The notes below the pieces were generated by a model. It was given only the letters and a program-made list of their open reading frames with translations, ran no database searches and was not told where the DNA came from. DNA of 64,000 bases from Spirochaetia bacterium (lineage in GTDB: Bacteria; Spirochaetota; Spirochaetia; DSM-16054; Sediminispirochaetaceae): contig JAXHMY010000001.1 of the NCBI GenBank assembly GCA_034520965.1, forward strand, positions 1,024,001 to 1,088,000, given 5' to 3'. Both the position numbers and the translations under genes were made by a program. Of this stretch, positions 49,975-60,212 are shown one piece after another (position 1 is the stretch's first letter; every line of letters begins with the position of its first letter).

Positions 49975-50886
49975 TTACAGAGAGCCGCCGGATTCGTCAG
50001 CGGTGAGGGCCGAGAAAGCCTTCCAGACGACACGCGCGGTCAGTGTCTTGGGCAGCAGCCTAACCAGGTTAACCATGGCGCGGTTGCGCAGCCCCGGTAC
50101 TATCACCGGGCGGCCGGCAAACAGGCCCCGCAGCCCAATCTCCGCCACCCGGCGGGCCGTCATCGAATTGCTCACCGAAAATTTCATGTAGCGACGGTTT
50201 TCAATGCCCGCATTCTCATCGAAGCCGGTGTTCACATAGCCCGGCTCCAAAACCGAGACCTTGGGAGCCTTGGCCGGCTTGCCCGGCCGCTCAGTTTCGT
50301 CCGGCCGCTCGGCTTTCGCGGCTTTCGCGGCTTTGGCGGCTTTGGCGGCTTTCGCGGCGCCCAGGAGCTCCTGGCGCAGGGCCAAAGTAAACTCGCGGAC
50401 AAAGCTCTTGCTCGCCCCGTAGGCGGCGTAGCGGGGCATGGGCAGGCGGCCGGCCACCGAGCCGATATTCAGAATATAGTCGGCGGTTCCGGCAAAGCTG
50501 CGGCTCAGCAGCATCAGCGCTTCGATGTTCAGGCGCAGCATCTGCTGCAGCTGGTCCGGGTCCTGCTGCTGCAGGGGGCCGTACAGGCCGCGGCCGGCGT
50601 TGTTAATAAGCATCTTGACCGGAAGCTTCCGCCGCCGGCACTCCTCGACCACCCGCTCCGGCTCGCCGGGAACCGACAGGTCGCTGCTGAGGGTCTGCAC
50701 TTCGATCGAGGGATACTCCTTGCCCAGGGAGGCGGCGGCGGTCTGCAGTTTCTGCAGGCTGCGGCCAACCAGCAGCAGGTTCCAGCCGCGGAGGGCCAGC
50801 AGGTGGGCAAACTCGAAGCCGATGCCCGAGCCTCCCCCGGTTACCAGGGCATAACCGTCGTATTTATAGCCTGTTTTGCTTTTCAT
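49975..50886 (-). CDS. Short-chain dehydrogenase/reductase (DltE/17beta-HSD-like)
   Basis: TGGGSGIG, INNAG, NIGS, YGASK; (AAK)5 insertion from a 9-bp tandem repeat at 50311-50355. Confidence 0.9.
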   Translation of the reverse strand: MKSKTGYKYDGYALVTGGGSGIGFEFAHLLALRGWNLLLVGRSLQKLQTAAASLGKEYPSIEVQTLSSDLSVPGEPERVVEECRRRKLPVKMLINNAGRGLYGPLQQQDPDQLQQMLRLNIEALMLLSRSFAGTADYILNIGSVAGRLPMPRYAAYGASKSFVREFTLALRQELLGAAKAAKAAKAAKAAKAERPDETERPGKPAKAPKVSVLEPGYVNTGFDENAGIENRRYMKFSVSNSMTARRVAEIGLRGLFAGRPVIVPGLRNRAMVNLVRLLPKTLTARVVWKAFSALTADESGGSL

Positions 50887-50990
50887 GCTTTAAAGTATAG
50901 TGGATTCCCGGGGAATAGTAAAATTTGGAGAGAAAGGCGGGGGGAAATGCGGGCTTTGCGTAAACGCCGCTAAACTCCTATCATGGAGGT

Positions 50991-52342
50991 ATGCAGAGTA
51001 AAAAAGGGGCATCTAAAATTGTAGTGGCGGGGCTGCTGCTGTGCGGGCTTGTGTTGCAGACGGCCGCCGCCGGCGAGCTGCTGCTGGGGGCTCCGGCGAG
51101 CGGGGCGGTGCTTCCGGGGCCGGCTTCCTCGGAGCACAACCCGGCCTTTGCCTTTTTACCACCAATCTCCGACATACCCCTGGGCGTCGGCTGCCGCTAG
51201 GCCCGGCGGGGCTGCTGCTGCCCCGGCGCAACCCCCTGCTGTACTGGAGCGATCCGGAGACCTTTAGGCGAAAGTTCGACTTTTTAAGCTTCTACGACCA
51301 GCTGTACTCGCCGCTGGAGTTTCTGGTACGCCCCTCCCGCAGCCCGGAGGAGGTGCGCTTTGTAATTGACGGCGAGCAGCTGCGGCTGGAGACCGAGGGG
51401 GGAGAGAGCCTGCGCTATGGCTCGACCCCGGGAACCGCCGGCATTGCCCTGCCGCGGTCGGCCCTAATCCCCCCGCCCCTGCTCTCCTACTCCCTGCACC
51501 GGGGGCGCTGGTACAGCCGGACGGGGCTGTTTCTGGCCTCCTCGGGCTACCGGATTGCCCCGGATGAAAGCCTGCGGGCGGTGCTGCAGGGCGAGCCCCT
51601 GGAGCCGGACAGCCGGTACGAGGCGGAGGCCCAGGTAGCCCTGGGCAGCGGCCTCTCCAGCTCGCTCAGCTACTCTTTTGAGCTGCCCACGGCGTTGCCC
51701 CGCTACAGCTTTTATGTGGTGCCGCGGCTAACCGGCTACTACCGCCTGGCCTACGCCGAGCTGGACTACCGGCTGTCGACCTTAACCGGCCAGAACGCCC
51801 TGCCGGGCAGCTTTAGGTCCGAGGCCTCGGCCTTTTACCTGTACCCCGGCGAGGGCTGGGGCGGCGGCGGCCGGCTGGACCTGGGCACGGCGGTGACCGC
51901 CCCGCCGTGGCGATTCGGGCTGAGCCTGCTGAACCTCTACGGTCTGGACCTGCTGGAGGGCCGCCGCCTGGATGTTCAAAACCTGGAGCCCGAGGCCGGC
52001 GCAGCGGCGCAGCGCCTGGTGAATGCCGGCAGCGACCCGCTGCTGTTTGCCTCGGCGGCGCTTGAGGGTCGCGCGGGCCGGCTGAAAGTGGTGGCGGGGG
52101 TAAACGGGGGCGTGCACCGGGAGTTTCTGCTGGCCAACGCCCTGCTGCGGCTGCGCTGGGGCCGCTGGGTGGGCGAGCTAAAGGGCGGCCGTCAGGGAGT
52201 GTGGACCCTCGGCGGTTCGCTGGGGCGGATCTTCGGCTTTGGGACGGCGGCGGTAAGCATGCACCTGCACAGCTCGCCCCTGACCGAGCAGGCCTCCTGG
52301 GGCATCGGACTGCGCTTCGGCAGCCGAGGGGGCCGGCCATGA
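50991..52342 (+). pseudogene. Predicted outer-membrane beta-barrel protein, one base missing near 51175-51185 (450 aa if repaired)
   Basis: GGAGG SD and signal peptide in ORF 50991-51200; NPA motif; remainder in frame 51041-52342 has alternating aromatic/Gly strands ending WGIGLRF. Confidence 0.65.
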
Positions 52343-53034
52343 GGTCCAGCAGCACCACCACCATTTTTCGTACAAGCCTGCCTCTAGGAAGATTGGTGCT
52401 GCCGGCCGTCCTGGCCGCCGGGCTGGTCATGAGCGTGGTGTTGATAACTGCCGGCTGCAGCGCCCGCACCCGCTACACGCTTGAGTACTACGGGCTGGCC
52501 CACATCCCCCCGGAGTACGCCGCACAGCGCTTTGACTTGACGACGAATACGGACAAGTACTTGTATTTATTGCCCCATGCTGATTTAGTGGAGTCTGCCG
52601 AGCCGGTAGATATAACCCTGCGGCGGGGCATTGAGCTGGAGTACCCGGTGCCGCCGGTGCCCGAGGGGGGCAACCTGCAGCTGTCGCTGGAGGTGGGGAT
52701 GGCCATCCGCAACCGCAGCGCCACCGGCGTGCTGCCCTCGGTGGAGTGCGGCCTGTATATAGACGAGCCGGAGAGCGAGGACATCTACGCCGGGAACAGT
52801 CCGGTGTTTACCTTCAGCAGCGGCACTATAGGGCCTGGAGAGGGCGGCCGGATAGAGGGGCGCAAGTATGTGGAGGAAGGCAGCGCGGCCTGGGCTCTGC
52901 TGACCAGCGGAGCCCTGAGGGCCGGGGTGGAGGTTGTGTTTACCGCCGACTCCGACAATAATCTGAACCTGGAGTACGAGATAGACCGGCTGCGGCTGCG
53001 CATCAGTGTCTTGCCCTTTGGCTATATCCCTTGA
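52339..53034 (+). CDS. Lipoprotein, beta-rich
   Basis: ATGA overlap; hydrophobic stretch ending ITAG-C lipobox. Confidence 0.7.
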   Translation: MRSSSTTTIFRTSLPLGRLVLPAVLAAGLVMSVVLITAGCSARTRYTLEYYGLAHIPPEYAAQRFDLTTNTDKYLYLLPHADLVESAEPVDITLRRGIELEYPVPPVPEGGNLQLSLEVGMAIRNRSATGVLPSVECGLYIDEPESEDIYAGNSPVFTFSSGTIGPGEGGRIEGRKYVEEGSAAWALLTSGALRAGVEVVFTADSDNNLNLEYEIDRLRLRISVLPFGYIP

Positions 53035-53095
53035 GCTGGTGGCCATGGGGCTCAGCAAGAGCATCTTTTATAAAAAAAATACCTGGGAGTGTGGC

Positions 53096-54436
53096 TTGAC
53101 GATTGGAATTGTGTTTGAGATTTTTTTGCCGGTGGTAAACGGGGTGGTGACCACCACCATAAATCTGGCGGAGAATCTGGCGGCGAGGGGGCATCGGGTG
53201 CTGTTTATTGCGCCGGCGTGGAAGGATTTTCAGGCGGCGGAGGTGAGCGGGATTGAGGTGCATTATGTGCCCAGCGCGGCGACCCATGTGTATCCGGGTA
53301 TCCGGCTGGTGTCGCCGTGGAATCGGAAGGTGGACCGGGTGCTGCGGCAGGAGGGGGTGGAGCTGCTGCACGTGACCGGGCCGGGACTGCTGTCGTGGTC
53401 GGCGATGAAGGCGGCCCGGCGCCATGGGATTCCGGTGCTGCATACCTTCCATACCCTGATTTACGAGGACACCTACCTGTACTACGCCCTGCGCTCGCAG
53501 CATCTGCTGCCGCTGCTGAGGCGGGCGGTGTGGGTGTATTTGAAGTGGTTTTTCGACCTGAGCGACGCAATTACCGCCCCCAGCCTGCACGCCTGCCGCA
53601 CCCTGCAGGAGCATTTTCCCCAGGCCCAAATTGAACACATTCACAACGGCATCGATTTTACGGACTTCCCAGACTTTGCGGAGACCGGCTCTAAGACAAA
53701 CACTGCCTCTGTCGGCGGGGCGGACGGGGTTCATGGAAGGGGCGGTTTTGATGCGCTGCGCCGGGACTACCCCGGGTTTAACCACAAAACTTTTCTGTTT
53801 GTGGGTCGGCTGGGGGAAGAGAAGTCGGTGAGTGTGCTGCTGGAGGCTTTCCGGCGCGCCTGGGCGCTGGACCCGGAGCTGAGGCTGTTTTTAGTGGGTG
53901 ACGGGCCCGGCCGGCGGGTGTACGAGCAAATTACGGCCGAGGCGGGAATGGAGGGGGCGGTGACCTTTGTGGGGCGGATTGACCACGGGCAGCTGCTGGC
54001 CAGCGGCTTGTATCAGCACGCCCGGGCAATGGTAACGGCCAGCACCACTGAAAACCAGCCGATTACGGTGATAGAGGCGATGGCCTGCGGCACCCCCATT
54101 ATAATTCCGGAGGTAGACGGGATAATGGAGCTGCTGCAGGGCAACGGGCGCTGCTTTGCCCCTGGGGATGCCCGAGCGCTGGCCCGGCAGCTGCTGCAGA
54201 TGGCCAATGACAACCTGTTGTACCGCACCTGCGTTGCCGCAGCCAAGCTGCGCCGGGAGAACTTTGAGGGCGGCCGGGTGGCCGAGCAGTTCGAGCGAGT
54301 GTACCGAAAACTCACCGGTACCGGGGAGGATGCCTGGCCTGAAGATGGAGAGCCTGCAGATAGCGCGGCTGCCAGTAACGGGCCTGCAGATGTTGACAAA
54401 GTGCCGGTCATGAAACAGGATATAGGTATTCGTTAG
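53096..54436 (+). CDS. GT4 glycosyltransferase (diacylglycerol glycosyltransferase-like)
   Basis: EIFLPVVNGV, HTFHT, IHNGID, FVGRLGEEKS, ENQPITVIEAMACG; TTG start after GGGAG. Confidence 0.92.
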   Translation: MTIGIVFEIFLPVVNGVVTTTINLAENLAARGHRVLFIAPAWKDFQAAEVSGIEVHYVPSAATHVYPGIRLVSPWNRKVDRVLRQEGVELLHVTGPGLLSWSAMKAARRHGIPVLHTFHTLIYEDTYLYYALRSQHLLPLLRRAVWVYLKWFFDLSDAITAPSLHACRTLQEHFPQAQIEHIHNGIDFTDFPDFAETGSKTNTASVGGADGVHGRGGFDALRRDYPGFNHKTFLFVGRLGEEKSVSVLLEAFRRAWALDPELRLFLVGDGPGRRVYEQITAEAGMEGAVTFVGRIDHGQLLASGLYQHARAMVTASTTENQPITVIEAMACGTPIIIPEVDGIMELLQGNGRCFAPGDARALARQLLQMANDNLLYRTCVAAAKLRRENFEGGRVAEQFERVYRKLTGTGEDAWPEDGEPADSAAASNGPADVDKVPVMKQDIGIR

Positions 54437-54440
54437 CATC

Positions 54441-55238
54441 ATGCAAGGCAACACCTTTTTGAACAGATTATACAGAATATATAGATACACCGGAAAAATA
54501 CTCATCCCTCCTGCCGCGCTGGGGCTTGTGCTGTTTTTCAGCCTGACCGCCTTTGCAGCAGCCAATCCTTCGGCAAACCCCTCGGCCGACTCCGGGGTGG
54601 AATGGAAGGGGCGGCATCTTGAGCCTCCGGAGCATTTTAAGCTGCGCAACAGCGTGGCTGCAGAGCAGCTGCAAGAGCTGGGCAGTACTCCACAGGAACA
54701 CAGCAAAGACTTTATTCAGTGGGAGCACCAGGACGGGCAGCGCGCCTGGTTTTACACCGACTACCATGCCGCCTACCCCCTGCCGGTGGAGAGCTTCATT
54801 CAGGTGCTGAAGGACGCGGAAAACGAGGACAAGGTGTTTCCGAACATGACCTACACCAGCGATATAAGCCCCGACCCGGACCCCGATGAACCTGCCTACC
54901 AGGAGGTGAAGATCAGCTTTAAAATATTCGGGATTGGGGCGGACTACCACTACCTGGTATATCGAATTCCCACCTGGTACCCTGACGGCAGTTTTAGCGT
55001 GCATTGGGCCTTGGTGGATTCAGTGGATAATAAGTATGCCGACCTGTACGGCTCGTGGTACGTGAAGGAGTTTGAAAAAGAGGGCCAAAAGCACACCTAT
55101 GTCCGCAACTATGTGGAGACTGAGATGATAGGCCCGCCCCCTTTGCTGAAAACTATTCGAAATCTGTTTGCCGAGCGAACCGTAAGAAAGTTTTTTGAGT
55201 CACTTTACGAGGCGGCGGAGGAACAACAGCGGTCTTAG
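54441..55238 (+). CDS. Exported START/SRPBCC-like protein
   Basis: Signal anchor; VHWALVDS...GSWYV...TYVRNY followed by a long C-terminal helix, as in helix-grip folds. Confidence 0.6.
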   Translation: MQGNTFLNRLYRIYRYTGKILIPPAALGLVLFFSLTAFAAANPSANPSADSGVEWKGRHLEPPEHFKLRNSVAAEQLQELGSTPQEHSKDFIQWEHQDGQRAWFYTDYHAAYPLPVESFIQVLKDAENEDKVFPNMTYTSDISPDPDPDEPAYQEVKISFKIFGIGADYHYLVYRIPTWYPDGSFSVHWALVDSVDNKYADLYGSWYVKEFEKEGQKHTYVRNYVETEMIGPPPLLKTIRNLFAERTVRKFFESLYEAAEEQQRS

Positions 55239-55372
55239 CACGGCAAAGCAGATTGCACCACCACCCCTCCCTGCTATAACTTGGTCGGGTCCACCCCGCA
55301 GCACTGTTTTATACCGGTGTGTCCATAGGACTATATAGCTTTCTGATAGTAGCACTATGCTATTTAATAAGT

Positions 55373-55407
55373 AAAAAAATACCCGCCCAGCTGCGCGCCA
55401 AGCGGGT
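55373..55407 (-). terminator. Rho-independent terminator of the minus-strand envelope operon
   Basis: ACCCGC...GCGGGT stem followed by A then T7 on the minus strand. Confidence 0.7.
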
Positions 55408-55457
55408 CGTGTGAATATAGTTAAAGTCAGGCCACGATGGGCCCGACTAATTGTGAC

Positions 55458-56969
55458 TTAGTAGTGGTGCCCGAGGCCGATGTAGAGTTCGAGCCTGGAA
55501 CTACCGTCCCGGGAGGCCTCATCAAGCAGGCCGCCCCCTTCCAGCATGGCCTGCATATCAACACCGAGGGATACTCGTAGATACACGCTCCGCGACCTTT
55601 TTAGATACGCAAAACCCTCGATCCCGGCTCCATACCAAAGTGGATTCCAGTCTTCATCCTCCCCCCTGTAGAGAAAATAGCCGGCATCAAAGAAGGGCGA
55701 GATCTGCGCTTCGAACCAGCGGCTCATGAACCATATCCACATGGGAAAGGGAACGTCCACATTCAGGGTTGCCCCCGCTTCTACATCATCGATGCGATGG
55801 TCCAGAACCCCGCGAATAGGACCTCCCACATTACTGTTGGTATGATCGATTAAATAGAAACCTTTCAAGCGGCTGCTCAAGCCCATCCACTTGCCGGCCA
55901 GATGGCCCTGCAGCTCACTATTAATGCTAAAATCCCAATCATCTTCGTAGAAATTATAGGCATTCGAGTTAGAAATTGAGAATTTGTAGCCCCGGCGGTA
56001 GTTGCGTATCCAGTCGACCCGGCCGAAACTCAGCCCGTGTTTGAAGGTACTGTCCGGTCCGCGCCGGCCGGCACTCACCAGTTCATTCAGCTTGTACGCT
56101 ATGGAGGAAGATATCGAGGGGCTGTATTTCATCTCATGACCGTCAATAGAGATTCCGGTGGGAATACTGCCGCCGAAACTCAATCCGCTTTTGAGGTAGT
56201 AGCCGTCTGCATCATCAGCGCCGTCATCATTCAAGTAAAAGTCCTGGTTGTATTTAAGCTTCCAGCGGATATCCCAGAAGGGCAGGTACACGCTCAGATC
56301 AGTGCCGAGATTAAGATCTAAGGGTTCATCCGGGGTGTACACCACATCTTCGGATACATCGAAAACCCAATCATGGCCCCACTTTCTGAAGGGCATGCTG
56401 AAGTGAGAGTTCAAACTTAGCTCATGCTCACGATCTTCGGTGTACCAATAGTCAAGATTGGCCGCTAAGGGCTGCATCGAGCCGAGAAAGTTGTAGTGCC
56501 GCCCGCGCAGGCTCAACAACAGTCCGTCGTTGGAGTCGTATTTGAAATAGGGCAGCACCACCATGTTCATGGTATCCTGCACATACACATCCAGCACCAC
56601 CGCATCGGGCTCTCCGCTACGGGGCTTGATTTCGTACTCGATCCGCCCGCTGTGAAATATCCTCTGGTTCAGAATTTCCTGCTCTTTTTCCTGCAGATAC
56701 AATTCGAGCTCCACTCGGTTTGCGAAAATGCGCTTTTCATCGAATTCAAGGTAGTTGTCCAGAATGTACTTCTGTGTTACCCCGTCGATGTGGTATTCCC
56801 GCTCGGAGGAAATTCGGTAGCCTTCGCCCTCCATCACCAGATCCAGCTCTTGGGGCGCTTCAGCAACTTCTTCAGCAGCTCCGTTCTCCGCAAATGCAAG
56901 CACCGTCAACAAAACCCCGCACACTACCGCCAAGGATGCTATCCGTCTCAGTTTTGTAGAAAAAATCAT
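55458..56969 (-). CDS. Omp85/TamA-like outer-membrane protein (single POTRA-like domain plus barrel)
   Basis: Signal peptide; POTRA-like segment (ILNQRIF...VYVQDT); IRGV, FFDAG; ends LYIGLGHHY. Confidence 0.7.
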   Translation of the reverse strand: MIFSTKLRRIASLAVVCGVLLTVLAFAENGAAEEVAEAPQELDLVMEGEGYRISSEREYHIDGVTQKYILDNYLEFDEKRIFANRVELELYLQEKEQEILNQRIFHSGRIEYEIKPRSGEPDAVVLDVYVQDTMNMVVLPYFKYDSNDGLLLSLRGRHYNFLGSMQPLAANLDYWYTEDREHELSLNSHFSMPFRKWGHDWVFDVSEDVVYTPDEPLDLNLGTDLSVYLPFWDIRWKLKYNQDFYLNDDGADDADGYYLKSGLSFGGSIPTGISIDGHEMKYSPSISSSIAYKLNELVSAGRRGPDSTFKHGLSFGRVDWIRNYRRGYKFSISNSNAYNFYEDDWDFSINSELQGHLAGKWMGLSSRLKGFYLIDHTNSNVGGPIRGVLDHRIDDVEAGATLNVDVPFPMWIWFMSRWFEAQISPFFDAGYFLYRGEDEDWNPLWYGAGIEGFAYLKRSRSVYLRVSLGVDMQAMLEGGGLLDEASRDGSSRLELYIGLGHHY

Positions 56970-56978
56970 GTATACTCC

Positions 56979-58508
56979 TTAGAAATCCCAGGTATAGGTG
57001 CCGCCGATGCGCAGCTCGGCGATCGGCTCGTTTTTGCCGGCTTGGGGATAAAAAATGTATGCCTCATTCTCAACCGGCTGGTCGAGGGTCATGGCGTTAA
57101 AGCGGCCGCCCAGAATAAGGTCTATATTAAAATTAAAGCCGCCCAGGGGTTTGGAAAAACGAGTTGTATTTACTACCACCTGTTCAATAGTGCCGTCCAG
57201 TAACAGCACATTCATATCCGACACTGAGGTATTGTGGCCCTCGTGCCAGGGGTTATTCGGGGCCTTGGAACCGTTTAGAATCCATTCCAGACTGGAGTAG
57301 AGACTGAAGGGTCCGATCAGGGACTTTGTAAAGCTGTTTTCATAATCTACCATAAAGGCAATATTATTCTCGCCATACTTATAGCCAATATAATTTTCGG
57401 TGTAATGCAGGGGCATGGAATCCCCATTTTCAAGTTTATACACACTTACAGGATAGTAGGTGTATTCATAGGGATAGTAGTTGTAATGAATATCCACTGC
57501 GTCTCCAGGTACAGCATCATCATAACTCTCCTCGGCATAGGTGGCCTGGAAGGTGTATTTGGTAGCGCCGGCATGGTAGGCACCTACTGTTCCGAAGGGA
57601 AAGTCTTTCCGTCCGCCAATTGACCAGGCCATTTTTGTCAGGTTCTGCTGGTTTTCAACCGTGGGCAGAAAATTACCGTTCAGATCATCGATCATAATCT
57701 GGGCCGATCCGTAGTCCCCTTCCCGAGTTCGTTCAGCAAAGAAACCCATCTGGCTTTTTACATTACCGTATTCTCCCCAGGGACGGCCTTCATTGGAATT
57801 GATAATCTGTATGAGATACATAGGAATGGGGTTAAGGAAGTATTCGGGGTCGAACTCTTGGTCAAGATACACCACTGAATCCTGAAAGCCGAACCGCCAG
57901 TCGCCCACATTCACCCCGTAGACCTTGTAATTCATGCCCCGGTCTTCCCAATGTACTTCGTCTTGATACCCAGTATAATATTGGTTGCTGTCGCTGTTCA
58001 GGCTCACCCAGCGGGTCCGGTAGAAAAACATGTTGCCTTCATAGCTCACATCCGCCTGCATTTTGGGTATGTCTTCCGAATTGATATAGATGCTGTAGGG
58101 ATTGTCAACAGCATCGCTTTGATTAGAACGACCGAGACGAATATTGAAGGGGCCCAGCTTTAGGTCGGTATAGCCGGCTTCCATCAAGAAGTAGCGGCCA
58201 AACAGGTACTGCTGCTCATCCCCGCCGTCATAGCGGTCGTCGTTGTTCATGGTTCCTTCAATTACCACATCGAACAGGTTGGTGTTGTACTCCGCCCGGA
58301 TCATACTTGTCTCGTAGAGGCTCTTGGTCTGCCCTTGATTGGCAAGCATGTCGTAGTTGTACATGTAATTGGCAAAAGTTCCGACCGTAAGTCTCAAGTT
58401 TTCATCAAGATCAGTTTCCCCGGATTCAGTTTGCGCCCAGATTGTGCTTGTAAGCGAGACGAAGAAAAGGCTGATAAAAATTGCTGTGAATAATTGTTTT
58501 ACCTTCAT
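56979..58508 (-). CDS. Outer-membrane beta-barrel, Wzi-like
   Basis: Signal peptide; IRLGR, FDPEYFLNPIP, NYIGYKYGEN; C-terminal Phe (GGTYTWDF). Confidence 0.6.
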   Translation of the reverse strand: MKVKQLFTAIFISLFFVSLTSTIWAQTESGETDLDENLRLTVGTFANYMYNYDMLANQGQTKSLYETSMIRAEYNTNLFDVVIEGTMNNDDRYDGGDEQQYLFGRYFLMEAGYTDLKLGPFNIRLGRSNQSDAVDNPYSIYINSEDIPKMQADVSYEGNMFFYRTRWVSLNSDSNQYYTGYQDEVHWEDRGMNYKVYGVNVGDWRFGFQDSVVYLDQEFDPEYFLNPIPMYLIQIINSNEGRPWGEYGNVKSQMGFFAERTREGDYGSAQIMIDDLNGNFLPTVENQQNLTKMAWSIGGRKDFPFGTVGAYHAGATKYTFQATYAEESYDDAVPGDAVDIHYNYYPYEYTYYPVSVYKLENGDSMPLHYTENYIGYKYGENNIAFMVDYENSFTKSLIGPFSLYSSLEWILNGSKAPNNPWHEGHNTSVSDMNVLLLDGTIEQVVVNTTRFSKPLGGFNFNIDLILGGRFNAMTLDQPVENEAYIFYPQAGKNEPIAELRIGGTYTWDF

Positions 58509-58534
58509 AATTATCCAATCCTTATTTTATAAAT

Positions 58535-60212
58535 CTATTTTTCCAGTATACCACGGTGCAGTAATTCCAACTTTCCGCCTAGAGTAAGTTCCATCCACCC
58601 TCCGCCATTTCGCAGGCTGTAAGCAGGTTCTATATAGACACTGTACATGTGGGCAGCATTAAAATCATCGGCAAATTGCAGGTGCAAACCAAGCCTGCCC
58701 CACAATTCACGTTCAGCCTCAGATACGGTCTCAGAAGCTTCGTAGGAGGTTCTGACAAGGTCGGCAGCACTATTATGGGAAACCAGCTCGAAGTTCAGCC
58801 GGGTTAAAAACCCGGTATTCCCCCAGGCATATTCCCCGGAGCCCTTCACCCAGCGGCTGCCCGGCCCATAGGGCGAGGTAAGCGGCAATAGAACCGTCTC
58901 CTCGTCGCGCAGGTAGCGATAGATAGCCCGGGACAGGTAATTGCCTTTATCAGGATCGAATTCATGGAAGTTGCCCCATAAATAGTGGGTCACCCCCCCT
59001 TCGAGAATGAGCCTGAGTACATCCCTGGAAAGCATCTTTTCATAATTACCTCCGAAAATGTAGGCATAAATGGTCGGAATATCCGTATCACCTACCCCGG
59101 AGATATCCGCTGCATTAATATCATCGTACCCTGCCTGGCCGAATAGCACAAGACCGGGCAGGAGGGCATACTCCATCTCTGCAACCAACGACATATTGTG
59201 CACACCACGTCTGCGTTGTGCCAACTGAAGACCGGAAAAATATCGCCTATATGCAGGGCATTGTTCTCTCGGCATATCAGGTTATGCGCCGTTATGCCTA
59301 ATCGCAATTTAGGAAAGGCCCATTCAAAGCGGTGCATACTGTTGAGAATAATGGTTTTGCCGAAAGCCACTTGGTGCGAATCGCCATTACCCTTATATTC
59401 AATTATCCCATCATCTTCCGGCGTTTTAATATTCGGTAAGCCCGCCATATCAGCAATCTCACTGCCCCCGGCCTGGTTATACAGCGTGCCGAAGTAGGAG
59501 GTCATTTTTAAGGGGCCGAACTGCCAGGTATAATAGAAGGCATCCAGATAGGGCAGACGCTCAGACGGCAGAGCGGATGAAAACCCGGGGGCTCCAAAAT
59601 GTACCGGAGTGCGTCCGAGCTGCAGCAGCAGGTCGCCGTAGCGTCCGGCAAAATACCCCTCGCTTATTAAGTAATTTTCCAGAGCCAGGGGATTGTCTTT
59701 TTCGCTGCGAAACAAGTTGTTATCCGGGTACTCAAGACTGTGCTGTGCCCTAAAATCCGCCGCAATATACACACCCAGTCCGCCGTCTTCTCCGGCACTC
59801 AGGGCCCACCTGCCCATCGGCGGAGCCTCTATGTACATTCGCCGGTAGTCGTAATCAAAGTCCCATTCGGCATTTCCCCGAAAAAAATTCTCATAGTTCA
59901 GAGTCAGTTCTGAGACAACCTCTGCTGTCTCCGGGGTATAATTCAAGCGCTCGAAGTATTCATCGACTTTGGCGCGGATCTGAACCGACTCTCAGTTTCA
60001 CGGTGCAGCTCCCGGGCATACTCATACAGCTCTTGAATATCCACAGGAAAGCTGCCGGTAGGAAAAGCCATACCGTTGAGGGTATACAACTGTTTCAGCC
60101 GGGAGACCTGCCAGGAGCTGCTGGAATAGGTTTCAAACCCGTACATAGCAGTTACTGAAAAAATACAGAACAGGGCTGTAAAGGCCGCCCTTTTCAATGC
60201 TTTTTTATTCAT
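58535..60212 (-). pseudogene. Wzi-like outer-membrane protein broken by two single-base deletions near 59986 and 59205 (559 aa if repaired)
   Basis: Three ORF fragments join: ETES/VQIRAKVDEYFERLNY and WHNADV/GVHNMSLV. Signal peptide; LQLGR..HFG, HRFEW, PLTSPYGP. Confidence 0.7.
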
